NCBI GenBank assembly: GCA_028534125.1
Contig: CM052818.1
Location: forward strand, 28,584,001-28,648,000
Direction of reading: 5' to 3'
Length of the DNA stretch: 64,000 nt
Source: Lama glama
Lineage: Eukaryota
Shown: piece after piece, positions 51,054 through 64,000 of the stretch
How positions within the stretch are numbered: position 1 is the stretch's first letter
Layout of the letters: each line of letters begins with the position of its first letter
Notes under the pieces: generated by a model
Told to the model about the DNA's origin: nothing
Database searches by the model: none
The model's input: only the letters and a program-made list of their open reading frames with translations
Translations under genes and position numbers: made by a program

Positions 51054-54000
51054 TTTTAGACTTGTCATTTTTTTCCCTCCCTGATAAAATGTGCTATATC
51101 TATAGCCTTATCTACTCCTAGAGAGTTGAAGATGTGTTTTCATTAGAACTTTACGCAAATCCATAGAAGAATGATGTTTACTTTCCATTCCACTAGAGGA
51201 AGTTTAAGTGTTTCAAAATATTGAACTGACTGACATGAAAAGTTCTTGAAAGTAAAAGCCATAGAATACAAAACAATGGAAAAAAAACCTCTTTTGAGCC
51301 AAAGAATTTTATGCACATATTACACAAGGTGTTGTCAGAAGCTATGAGAAAGTGCATATATATATTTTATGTACTATAGTAAATACAAAAAGTGCTTACT
51401 ATTTCCAGCATTATCAAATATTCTGAAATTAGTTTATAATGTAAACAAGTATAGCTGTTAAGTCACATATAAGGATTCTAAAACTATGATCAAAAATCTG
51501 ATATTCACTCCTGTTTTTTCCATACTTGTTAAGCTTTCATTTCTGATTTCCAGGAGTTAAAAGTGTTTCTAATACTTTTCTTGCTTTTCTCTCCCTCTCT
51601 CTTTTTAATGAGACATAATTTGGACAGGAGCCATTTTCCTACCACACACTAACTTCCTTCTTCCAAGAAACAGGACTGTGAAAAAATTGATCGCATAATG
51701 CTATTGTTTTCACATGCTATAGAAAACCTGGCCAATTTACTCACTCCCACTGTGTCCGTATTATCAGTAAATCCAGAGTAAATTACGTAGGGTCATTAAG
51801 CAAAAGTTAAGGAAGAAATTTATTTCTTTAGGCTTTCTTCTACTATTTTTTCTTTAGCTCCTAGAATTGAAATCTAGAAGATTTTGCTCCAAAACTGGGA
51901 TTTAGTCACATTATTTAAATTCCCATATTTTAAATAGTCTGTTTATAACAAGCATATCTGATTATGAAGGGTTGAATTGAAATATTTGTAAACACTTATC
52001 TTCTACTTGAGCTTCATTAATATGAAAGAATTCTGTCTGTTTTCATTATCATCTCCTACAAATATTATACCTCACAATTAATCCAGTATTTAAATGGTAA
52101 GTAGTTACATATAAAAATTGTCATCATATCTTGTGTTCTTTGAAGATTAATATAAATTACAGATGAAAAGTTCTTTGTTAGCTTAGACATGTCCCATACT
52201 TAAAATATTAAAAGAAAATATTACATCTCCTCATCTTATCAGCTGCAGAACTGAATGTGATGTTACTTGTAATATATATCATGCCTAGTGTGACTTATCA
52301 CAAAGAACTTTCTAATTAGTAGGATAAAATTACAAGCACATAAACAACTAAGGCAAAATAGAGTATCTGCTATAAGAGAGGACCAGAAAGTTTAAACATC
52401 TTAACATTTAGGTGTGGGTCATCAAGAAATATTCCTATTTGAAAGTAGCCTTTGAGTTGGGCCTTAAAGCAGGAAAAAAAAAAAAAGGGACAGGTAGACA
52501 TGTGTTTAAAAGGCAAAGCAAATCAGAAGGATGGCCTAACATTAGAAATAAAAACAGAAATATACTTTTAGAGAAGAATGAACAGTAAGATTTCTAGAGA
52601 GTATGGAAAGAAGAGAGTGGGAGAGAGAATAGAAAAAGGGAGGAGCCCAAGACAATACCATGCCTGGATAACTAGAAAATGTTAATGCCTTTTATAGCAA
52701 ACGAAACACACAAACAGATACACACAAAAAAGAGAAGCAAACAAACAAGCAAAACAAAGGAATTAAGACTGAAAGTTGTCATGGTCAGGAAGAAAATGAG
52801 CTCAGATTTGGATACATATTTTTATCAGTGTTTCTCAACAGTATGCCTACCAATGCCACAGCCTGTCTTTAGATTCAAATAGTTGATTATGTGAACTGAA
52901 TATTAAAAGATAATTGTATTACCAACTGGATGAGCATAGGCTTTGGAATTAAAGATAGACTGAGTCCAGAGTCTGAATCTCTTTCCATTATACTCACTCA
53001 ACTCTTCACATTTGTCTCTATTTCTGTCTGTAACATCTCATTGCTTATGAAATGCAGACCGAGTGTATGCAAAGTGCCATCATTCTGCAGTGCAGGAGAC
53101 TCTTAGGTGCCTTGGGATGGGTTAGATTGGCTATAAATGGAGTACTTGAAAATTCCACACTGAGTTTTTTCACTTAAGTTTGTGCACTCAAGTTCAACTT
53201 GCTCAGGAGATGGGAAGTAACATAAGCCAATGAAAAGTAACCCAGCAAAGACCCCAGGTTTGGTTCCAAGAGAGAATTCCAACCATGCAGTCATATGTGG
53301 GAAGAAGGAATGACAGTCAATGACACCACCATAAAATGTGCCTATGGTTCTTAGACAGACAAATGGACCATGCATTAAGGGGTCACTGCACCCACTTCAA
53401 GGATGTTTCTCAGCCTAGGAGAAATAGAATAAGTACATTTCAAATACAGTATGTGTTACTGAGAGAGGAAACAGGGTAGAAGGAAAATGGCCTTTGTGAC
53501 TTCTGTTGCGAAGTGTGAAGGGAACTGATTGAGTTCTGTGCAGGCTGCCTGCTTAGGTTATATAGCTGATTCCTACTGCAATAAGTTTTCTTAGATACTG
53601 ACATCTTTGATAAAAAGGTTTTTTATTTCTCTGCGTTAATGTCCCTTGACTCTGTTCTGAACTAATTGTGTCATATTTATTGCAGATTGTTTCCAACATA
53701 TTTTACTTTCATTAAACCTTTAAGAAGTACTTTATTTACCTAATGCTATCATCCCCTAGAACTAAAAGCAGTATCACCAATATTATTAGAACAAATTGTA
53801 GGTTAGCTTTTAGTATTGGGTAGAATTGGGTCTTAGAAAAGAAAATGTTTCTATCATTCAATTTTTACATTTTATGTAATTGATTTTTAAGTGGAACAAA
53901 GTCAGTTTATCTAGAGTTAAACAACTGATTTCCTGAAAAACTGATTAACAAGAGTTAGAGAAATACATACAATTATGGCATTTAAATAGTTTGTTTGGTT

Positions 54001-54339
54001 ATAATAGCAACTTAAACTTTAAAATCCTAAACATGTTTAATTAAAATAATTTTTGCAGAGCTATATTTGAACAGTCAATATAGTACCAGCAATTATCTAT
54101 AATTATGCAGTTCCAATCACAGAATAATAGAGGTTTCAATGTCATTAAACACAATAAGGATAATCACTCTTCCATTATTCTGATGGGCATGTAATTAAAA
54201 ACTTAAAAAAAATTTCTTGGGGATATAACAGCCATAGTTTCAATAAAGACTTACAGTATAAGCAGCTGGATTAATTGTACTGTAGTTAAAACTGACCTTT
54301 TTTCCATAGCAGTTTTAAATCCTATACTAGTCCTAGTCC

Positions 54340-54582
54340 TATACAAAAGATGCTCCACAACATCTGTCATCAGGGAAATGCAAATTGAAACAACAATAGC
54401 ATAACACTACCCACCTATTACAACGACCAAAACTGAGAACACTGACAACATCAAATGCTGGTGAAGTTGTGGAGGAGCATGATCCCTTATTCATTGCTGA
54501 TGGGAATGCAAAGGGTACAACCACTTTGGCAGACAGTTTGCCAGTTTCTTACAAAATTAAACACGCTCTTCCCATACAATCA
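54340..54582 (+). mobile_element. L1MC-type ORF2 3' fragment
   Basis: 'aaaagatgctccacaacatctgtcatcagggaaatgcaaattgaaacaacaat...tcattgctgatgggaatgcaaagggtacaaccactttgg'. Confidence 0.88.
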
Positions 54583-56846
54583 ATTCAAAATGGACTTCTC
54601 TCAGAGTATGGCAAGGAATCTGACTCAAAAAACCTGACAATGAGGAATTTCACTCAAATGTATACTAACGGGTACAATATGCATCTTCATTCACTGTCCT
54701 TTGCTAACAGGACAATTTGCAATTGCTTGCCTCCCGGCAGTTACAATGAGATGCTAATGAATTCATGCCTCAGGACTTGTAAAATTCCTGTATCCCTCTT
54801 TTCCTGCATTTAAGCCAATACCACTAATTCCTTCCACACACTTTTGTTATGTCTCTCTTCTTCAGAGATGGCATCAAATTCTAAGGTTATTTCCTGTTTT
54901 CCTTTACCTTTCCCATGAGCTTCACTGCAGAAAACCACTAACTTTCTGATTTACCTCTCTATTCTATCACCATCTCTTTTTGCCTCTTTTTAACATTATT
55001 ACTTTTTTTAAGTGACAAAATTTTTGGACACCAGGTAAGAAATTCTTGTAGATGCTGAAAAAGTATATTACTCTAAGTTCATGAATTCTTGAATTTTAGG
55101 AGAAACTGTAGACACGGAGAGATCACTGTGATTTTAAATTCTGTGCCTTTTTGCTCAGACATAAAAGAACATCAAGTGGAGGGAGATCAGTGCAGTCCAA
55201 GCAGAAGGAACACCGGGATCAAGTCTCATTTGAGGAAATGCAGGAATTCTAAAGGATAACAGAGGAAGTATGAAATTCACCTAGATCCTTAGGTTTAGCA
55301 TAGCTCTTGAGGCCTTGAATATTAAGCCTTTAGTGCTTATACTTTTGGAGGTGAAGAGCCAACAATGATTTGTAAGAGTACAAATTGTCAAATTGTCAAA
55401 AGTTACTTTATTTGCTCCTGATCTTGGAATCCCTATCCCTGTTTTTCATCAGAGATTTACAGTTCCTCAACTATAAATGTTTATATATGGGTGTTATCAG
55501 TTACCTTAGTGCCATATTTAGAGAAAGAATTTGCAAGGAGTATTTTGATCTATTCTCATCTTCCTGCTCTTTTCAGGGAAAAAGTGCTTGAAAAACTAAT
55601 AGGATCATACTAAAACATTTTTTTGTATCCTGACTTGAACAAGCCAATGTTTACAAACAAACAAACAGACAAAGATTTGTTTTTAAAGCAATCTAGGAAA
55701 TGTGAATATGGTCTGTGCATTAGTGATAATGAGAAAATTTTAATGTGATATTTGCTAATGGCAAAGTGGTGATTTTTAAAATGTCTGTATCAATTGGACA
55801 TAATAAAACCTTTACAGGTGAAACACATGATATCAAAGATATCCTTTAAAATTCTCCAAATCCTCCAAAGCTAAAATAGAGGAATTTACTAAGTTGCAAA
55901 GAAATTGTTGGTTGTTGTTAAATACGATTGTAGGTATGCATTTTTTCTAATTCTGTTTGAAATTTTCCAAATATAAAGTGAAAAAATAAAATTAAATTCA
56001 TCTAAAATAGTCAAGAAAGTAAACTTATGACAAGAATAAATTTTGGCAACCAGATGAACAAGAAAAATTAGAAATTAAAGAAACTATCTTTAAATGCTTT
56101 CTAACAAGTTAAATATAAACATGTTTCAAAATCATTTAGAATGAAGAAAAAATTAAAAAGAAATAAAAAAGAAAATACAATCTTAAAATCCTCATAAAAT
56201 TTAAGTATTCTGAATTAAGACCCTAGAATAGTATCAAAATAATCGTGATGTGAAGGAGATAACTACTCAGTTTCTAGAAATGGAGAGCAGCCTTTGCCCT
56301 CCCTTCACACACTTTCAAAGTTCAGTCACATCTGATAAGAACCTTGATGTACTCCTTTGCATAAAACCATTAAACATCAGACTAGAAGGGAACCTTAGAA
56401 ATCACTCTAGTCTCACCCGTGTTGTACAGGATACTATTTTGAGCTACCAGTACAAACTGTCAAGCTCTCAAATTTCAAAGTGCATAGATTAACAATATAC
56501 TCTAATTTCAAATTATACAAGAGGCTAATACTTATTTTGGAAATCATGCCCTTCTTTGCAAAAATAATAACCACTAATAATAACCAACAGCTTATACTTT
56601 AACAGTTCCATCTAAGGAGCTCAAAGTAACCACAGACTTTATTTTGGCATCACACATTTCCAAACCATAGAAATCTTAATAATTATAGCACAACTCCATT
56701 ACCAATCATTCCTGTTATTCTACAAATTAATTATGAGTTTGAATATGCTACCTTAATACTGGGAAAACTTTTGACAAATAATTTAGTTCCAAGTAAAGGC
56801 TAACATCTATGCTGAATATATGTAGTGTCTAATGTGGAATTGTTCA

Positions 56847-57068
56847 AAGGAGTTGGCAAACTATTGCTTACAGGCCAAATCTGACCCACCATCTGTTCTT
56901 GCAGATAAAGTTTTACTGGAACACAGCCACGTATATTTGCCTATGTGTTGTCTCAGGCTGCTTTTAAAATACAATGACAGAACTGAGTAGTTAACAGAGA
57001 CCATAGGGCCCCCAAGTCTAGTATGTACTGTTAATTAGCTCTTTGTAGACAAAATTTGCTAAACTCTA
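56847..57068 (+). mobile_element. MER58A-like hAT-Charlie MITE
   Basis: 'ggagttggcaaacta...ggccaaatctgacccacc...ataaagttttactggaacacagccac...aaaatttgctaaactcta'. Confidence 0.88.
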
Positions 57069-60000
57069 GTTTAAAGCATGACTCTCAGCCAACTGACAAT
57101 GTCACAGACAATTCCCAAAATAACTATGCAAATATAGAGATACCGAGAAGGTCATGTTGAGTTGCATAAACATGAGGATAATAAGCATATTGATGTATGT
57201 TCATAATAATGACTCTATTAATATATTTTGTGAAAAAATGTTTAGGTTTTGTTATTTCTTGAGAAGGCCTGTTATAAGCATCTATCAAATTGGATATGTG
57301 TTGCACAGGAAAACAAGACTTCCTCGAAAGATAAAGTATCAATAGAATCTTGTGAAGTAAAATAAAATTGATAAAAGGAATCTGAAAAAGATTCTTATAT
57401 AAAAGGTTTTTTTCCCTAAAACTTTAAAAGTGAGCCACAATATCTTGCAATATGTTAACAGAAACCTTCATATTTAGTCTCATATGGGATTGTTTAGCCA
57501 ATTAGTCAATTAATATTGAGGCTGCAGTTGGTCATTGGTGTTTATGTGGTAAATAAAGGAATCACAAAGTTCTTGTCATTTAAACCACCGGAGTTAACCA
57601 GGAAAGGAACTGATGCATTAAATCTCATTCTGACTTATATTTAAAGCAAATGTGTGTTGATTGTAGGGATGGTATACCTCCTACTCTAAGAAATCTCTTT
57701 TGAAGAGAGAGATGTCTCAAAAATTATATGTTGTGCCATCCAGGACATTATAAAAATTCCTTAATTACTAAATTAAAGGTTCTTTCTACTGCAGTGACTG
57801 ATAAGTTACATGAGAAGACACAGTTTGTACATAGCCACTTCAACAATTTTTCTAAAATAAATTGGTAGACAGTCAACTTAAATTTTTTTCAATAGAACTG
57901 AAGTAGATTTCCCAGGTGTCTGGTTACCTACTCCTAGTTTTGAAATGTCTTGTAAAAACCTTTTTTTTTTTTTTTTTAACAAACAAGACAGTGACATTGT
58001 TGATACATTTAAAAAGACAAGGTTTATCCATTGCCTGGCTTATGACAGAGGTATTCTGAATTTGCATTGTAAATCTTATGCAAGGAACTAGGAGCTACAA
58101 TAACAGCCAGAGGCACCTTTTGGGTCTTAATATAGAAAACTTTAATTTGGATAAAGTGGCTTAATCTTTTTGATTGATTTTATTTTTTGAAAACATCTTT
58201 TGTTGAGAAATATGCTTCTCTATCATAGTGGAGATATGACAATAAATGCATTCTTTTTAATCTATATTTTATCACTAATAGTGATTTAATAAGAAACTCT
58301 CTCTTAATAGATGAAAGATGAGACAATGGTCAAGCTAAAATAGAGTTAGAAAAAATAAAACTTTGGAACTTATCTTATGCTCAACTAGCAGTTTCAACAA
58401 GTGGTATAAACAGTGCTAGAGACCCTTGTGCATCAAAAAATTAGGTATCATTTATCATTGCACATAAATAAAAAGGCCCAGAAACAACTTAGATTTGAGT
58501 TATAGCTTGCTGTGGGCTACTTTTAAAAAATAATTAGCCTCATTAATAAAATCTACAGTAGAAGTTTACTGAGCAAGCAGATATTTTAAAAGTATAAAGT
58601 TTATTTAATATTTTGAAATGAAAATAAAATATTTTCCTCTTCTATCCTATAGTTATGTTATATATGAATTATATAAAGATTTATGTCAGTAATTCTTGAG
58701 AATTAAAGAATTTTAATTTGCCGTATCTTTAAGAACTGTTATTTTAAAAACTAAACAATTTAAAATTGGAATTGAATCTCATAAAAGCTTCTTTATGTAA
58801 AAGAGGTATGGCACATCTGCAAAGGGAAAAGGGATATTTTGCCCGAAGTATGTCGATGGATATTATTTTGCATGTATTTATTTTTGTGGGGCTTGACTCT
58901 CAGAATATCACTATTTATTCTGCCATTTATCACAATCAATAAAGCATCCAAGTGACCACAACCTTCTAACAATGAGGTGGATTCTTAGAAATCACAAAAT
59001 GAGCTAATTTTACTAAAAGGCAAAATAACACAACAGCAAGTAGCAAAACTGTTAGAATTTTTAAAAGAAAAAGTATGAGTATTTCATGATGGTAGTGGTC
59101 TACAACATATTACTCAGATAACGCTAAGGCATGTCCTGTTAGCAATCATCAGTGATACTGCTGAGTTGATATATGCCTACTTTAAACTGCTATGCAACTT
59201 GCCAAGTCACGGAGACTACTAGGGATTAGAGCTTTACGGACAGTTAGGGTCAAGCTCTGAAACTTTCATTTTTACCATTTGTGCAAAACTCTTCCTCTAC
59301 CAAAGCAGTCACCATCACTGCAAAACTGACTGATTGGATTTACACCTCCTCTTTCTTCCCTGCCCACCTTATTAGTGACCGTGCTAATGGACTGTCAAAT
59401 GGCTAGAAAAGAACAATCAAAACTTGGCAGCAGGAATATGAAGAAGTAAGGGGCACAAAGGTAAGTCTATTAAGTTATGTGTCTTTTAAATTAATAATGA
59501 AGTGAATGTAACAAACTTTTGGTTAATTTGAGGCATCCTCAATTTTTATCATCTGGATAGTTTCCGGCACACACACACAAAAAATCAGCATAATAGAAGT
59601 AAGTCTGTTGGCACTTTAACTGTCTAAATATAACCTATTAATCTTAGCAGTTACCTGAAGAGAATGTGTTACAGGGGAAAGTCATTGATTGGTTCCAGAA
59701 ATCTTCATTAAAAAATTGACAACATACTCTAAGTTCTGGTGTCAAAAATGGAATTTCTTCTAAACACTAAAAGTAGAATTTTTACTAAATATTCTTTAGT
59801 AGAGCTTTGTAGGCAGATGCCAAGTCTACATTTGATTTCTATAACTAGAAAAATGGCATGGAAAAATACTTCTACCAGTTGTCTTGATAAAATATCACTG
59901 ATATTTGACAAAATATAGCCTTATCCAAAAGGAAAATGAAAATGACATGTTAGAAATTAAAGTTTAATTATACATTCAAAGAGCTTAAAACAGGGTATGC

Positions 60001-61215
60001 TGATAAAGAGTATTCACAACAATATTCCAAATAGCCATCAACAAAGGTGTATGGAACTAATTTGATCAGAACAAATAAGTTCCGCTAGTGCGGGCTGATT
60101 TTCACACATACGGATATTGAGTTTGGGGTTGCTGAAAGTTGACTGGCATAGGGACACTGAAATACATAATATATGAGAACTGAAGAATGTTTAACTTACA
60201 GATTTTAAGAATAACATCAATTTAATAATTGATTAATATTACTTATTATTATTAACACTATTTAATCAGATAGAATTCACCTAAGTGCAGCACTGACCAT
60301 GTGATTATTTTTAAAAAGTGAGTCATAATTTTTTCTGGGAAACTGATATTCCAAAATTATTCAGGAATCTCAAATGACTTTAAAATATTTAGATCTTACT
60401 GTTTCCACATCTGGTATTTCTTTTGGGAGGTTACTTCTTGTCTTGATCTTTCCATTACCTACTTAACTGACAGTTTACTGCTTACTCCCATTTTGATACC
60501 TTAATCTTTTGAAATTTAACTTACTCAATTCTTCCCCTTGTCTGGCCCCAATAGCTGCCACCGACATTATCTTGCCCAGTGTTACCGTCCTCATAATTGT
60601 TTCCATCATTCCACTTGGCAGTTCTGCTACTCAGCCTGGTATGAGTATTTATAATTCATGGCTATATGGTTATCTATGACTCTAGCCACCTATATGTAGT
60701 ATATTTGTATTCTATCTTCAGTTAAAAGTTGTCAATAGCCACTGGTTCTTAAAAGTCAGTGTAGTAAAGAAAAAAAAAAAAGAAAAATCCCTGTCTTGTT
60801 CAGCTAGCCTTCTTGCTCATATCAATCTGCTGCATGTTGGGCAAAGTTCTCCAAGTTTGGTACCATACGAGAAGATGAACATTAGAGATGCCACAAGGTT
60901 CTCAGTGACTAAATCTATCTAAGGTAAGTTTGGCAGAGTTCAGGGAAAACAGAAATAATTGAGTGGCAGTTTCAGTCCAGCAAGGGCAGGTGTGGGAGAG
61001 AGAAGCAACTCAGAATGGACTTGGCCATTATACAAGACCAGACATAGCTAGAAAGGGTGTGGTCACAGAAAGGCTCCTAGGTTAAGCAAAACTTAACTCC
61101 TTAGGAAAAGAATCATCAAGCTTCAGATCCAGAAGGAAGATTCAAGAAGCAATGTTAGTGGTGCCAGTGATACACCCAAGATAGTTGCACTGAAAATGCT
61201 CTTGCCCAACTAGAG

Positions 61216-61289
61216 AAAATTCTACTCTTATCACCCACAAGATGTATACATAAAATTCTACTCTCTTATCATCAACAAAGTGTATACAT
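61216..61289 (+). repeat. Two-copy tandem duplication (36-38 bp unit)
   Basis: aaaattctactcttatcacccacaagatgtatacat / aaaattctactctcttatcatcaacaaagtgtatacat. Confidence 0.9.
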
Positions 61290-61725
61290 AAAAGAGGATC
61301 TCGGGTTAGCTTGGTGTTTGGAGGGCTCCACTGTCCCATGGTCGTGCTGGTTCACATTATCCTGATTTAACCAAAAACTATTCCCCACTTATAAAGGACA
61401 TCACATTCAGTGAACTAGTTAGGATATGAATTGAGAATGTAAGGCCACTTACTGGTTATTTTTCCCATTCTGTTTCTACAGTACTCAAGCAAACTTTTAA
61501 TTACAATCTTATTCACACAAACATGACAACACTGGGAAAAACGAGGTATCGCTTATTTAGTAATTTTGAGTGGCTAACCCTAAAGACACAGTGGTAGACA
61601 TTTTACTGTTATCTTTTACATCTGGTAAAACTACATTTACATGGAGAAAAAAGTATGTTCTCCTTTATCTTGGACTCATGATGGGGCAAAAAATTTTTTG
61701 GGATTCAAAACTTTATCATGAGCAG

Positions 61726-61862
61726 TGTATAGGGGAACAAAATTTTCCACCTCAAAATATCTCTTTGACACGTGGATTATTTTGAGCTGAAAATAATCAA
61801 GGCCCAAGAGACTCAGAAAGAAACCTTCCTCAGAAGGGTAGAGGAAATTTTTTTCTTCCCCA
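61726..61862 (+). mobile_element. Internally deleted MER34-like LTR
   Basis: 5' motif 'ccacctcaaaatatctctttgacacgtggattattttgagctga' joined directly to 3' motif 'agaagggtagaggaaattttttcttcccca'. Confidence 0.75.
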
Positions 61863-62340
61863 GTAACAGTAACAATTGTTCCTGCATAGATTTCATCTTA
61901 TTGTTTTAGTCACTATAGAACAACTGGCTTTCAATTTGCTTTAAATAAAATTATACTTTAAAATATACTTCAGTAATGTAAAAAGGTCCTTTTCTGCTAC
62001 TATGACCCAGTAATGCTGTGGGCAGATTACTGATTAGACACTCTTTACCACATGCTCACTCATTAACTTAAACACTTTATTTTTTATTTTACAAACACTA
62101 CTACACAGCTGGAAGTGAAATGTTAAAGTATTACATCGCACTGAGTATAAAGAATATCCACATGGTATTTCAAAGTCTATTTTAAAAGAGTATGAGAGCA
62201 GCTCTTTTGCCCCTTTCCCGTTTGCCCATTTCTGTTCCCCTCTAACCTTAAAAGAACCCAATTATATGAATCAGATCCCTAGACAATGTAACCTAAACTC
62301 CTGACTTTTAAGCTCTCCTGAATGCACACAATGCTTTGTC

Positions 62341-62736
62341 TAACCTGTTGATTCTCTTCCTAGATTAAAAGAAGAATGAATAATGAGGCAGTTAAGAATG
62401 ACAAGCTCTCCACTCCTAACACCCTCAAAGCAACCCCGCAGGCGGATCACCTGGGCAAGATAACATCTGAAGGAGGAGTCAGCCATTCTGCACACAATGA
62501 GGAATGATGCAGAATCCAGCCTCCTGCCTTTATGATTCACTGAGAGTCTTCCCCCTTTTTTCCCCTTTGAAAACTCTCATGGCTGAGCAGAATCTTCAGA
62601 GTTGGTCTCCGGACATAAGCCCACCTTCTCCTCAGACTGCTGGCTTTCTGATTAAAGCCACTCTCCTTTCTACCAACATTTGCCTCTTGACCATTGGCTT
62701 TTGAGCAGCAAGCAGCTAAACCTGAGTTCGGTAACA
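62341..62736 (+). mobile_element. ERV1-type solo LTR (MER41/MER4-group-like 3' end)
   Basis: Ends 'attggcttttgagcagcaagcagctaaacctgagttcggtaaca' with ATTAAA upstream. Left boundary uncertain. Confidence 0.75.
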
Positions 62737-64000
62737 TGTACACTTTTGCCTCTATCAAGCAGCATTGTAGCCAAATATTAATAAAGCAGTCTGCAGACTG
62801 GACATTTTCCTTCTGTTCAGATTCACATTTTTCAAAGGTTAACAGCTTGGTTAAATCTACCATCCCAAGAAAGTCCTTACTAAGTTTGATGAATTGCTTG
62901 GAACTCAGGTTGCTTACTTATGAGAATAAAAATCTCTGTAGAACAGAAATTAAATGTTGAGAGCATCTTTCCAAAATGAGACTTTCAGAAAGACTTATCA
63001 TTGAAAACAGGGGGTATATGTAGAAATCATTAAGCACTTTTAACTCAGTATTATGAAAATTTCAGAGATCTGTCCTTATAAACACCTAGCATGATCTACA
63101 TTGGTATGTGAATTTAAGTGTAAAATTGTAACTGATTTCTTAGACTCTTAGAGTTGGAGAATCATCGAGCTCAAGTTCAATTTCTCTCTTGATTCAAAAA
63201 TTCCTCCTGCCTCTTTGGAAGAGAGGTATTTGACCTCTTCTTGACCACCACTAGAGCTCTTTACTTTAGGACATTTCTAACTGTTTTAAAATTTTTCCCC
63301 AAATTCCTCCGAAACCCACCCTCTCTATACCTGCCCATGGTAGTAATACAGCACTGGTGTTTTCTGTCTTCCATAAGACAACAAAGAAAGGCAACTCTCT
63401 TATTGTTCATAAAGTCATTTCACATATTCTATATATTATAGAGTCTTCCTCTAGTGATCACATACTAGTTGATTAGTGTCCTTCTGCATATTCTATGTTA
63501 TATTTTTAGCCCAGAGTAATCTTATGATGAACAAAACCAGTTTTTCATTTGAACTGTTACCAAGGCAAGTCTTCATTTTCATTTGAGAAATTTTTATTTA
63601 AATGTAAATATTTATATCTGTTAAATTTCATTGTCATTGCCTACCTTATCCATGGTCTCTGCTGAGCTGACTCTGGATCATGCGATCCCAGTCTCTAATC
63701 ACAGCTGATTGGACCGAGGGTGGTTCCACACCTATCGTTTCAAGATCAGTCATTTTATTGACTATTCAGAGATACATCTCTTTGGTGACCTATATTAATA
63801 AAGATGGGAAGAGCTGATTAGGCCAGTTATGTCAGGAATTAAAACAAAGACAGTATATCTCATAGTGTGATATATGCATATATCTGTATCTATATCAGCA
63901 TACAAAACTACTTTACATGGCATATATATGATTTAAACAACCGATGTTAAATATGTTTGCTTCTCTACCTGTTAGTAAAAACTAGCACATCAAACCCACT

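Noticed and set aside
60520..60640. Minus-strand reading LSSRTAKWNDGNNYEDGNTGQDNVGGSYWGQTRGRI ending at GTAAGT
   Set aside because: The acceptor lacks a polypyrimidine tract and I do not recognise the peptide. The plus-strand splice signals are better.
61216..61293. CRISPR-like repeat (36-38 bp units)
   Set aside because: Only two adjacent diverged copies, no spacers, no cas genes, and a mammalian context.
598..63441. The many 60-120 aa ORFs in the ORF track as genes
   Set aside because: Many use non-ATG starts, lie in or antisense to repeats or low-complexity DNA, and show no recognisable domains. This is the expected background in mammalian non-coding DNA.

Overview
AT-rich, CpG-poor placental-mammal genomic DNA, intronic or intergenic. 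It is dominated by transposable-element relics: L1, L2, MIR, MaLR, ERV1/MER34-like and ERVL LTRs, and hAT DNA transposons/MITEs. I recognise no Alu, B1/B2, Bov-A/tA, PRE1 or SINEC. The youngest L1 3' UTR looks cetartiodactyl-type, tentatively camelid (from memory, not from a search). I can support no intact host protein-coding gene, RNA gene or CRISPR array, and the only ORFs with a recognisable product are broken L1 ORF2 pieces. Best-supported structures: (1) a 2.06-kb 5'-truncated L1 with a perfect 17-bp TSD; (2) a collapsed ERVL provirus with two LTR16-like LTRs, protease and RNase H relics, and an internal L1 fragment lacking poly(A) and TSD; (3) six ERV1-type solo LTRs in about 9.5 kb; (4) palindromic MER53 MITEs. 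Weaker leads are a CRE/TATA/MAF promoter-like module, several well-formed but apparently non-coding exon candidates, a local diverged duplication and small perfect palindromes. I found no convincing novel biological system. Repeat family names come from recalled consensus sequences, and boundaries of the old repeats are approximate.
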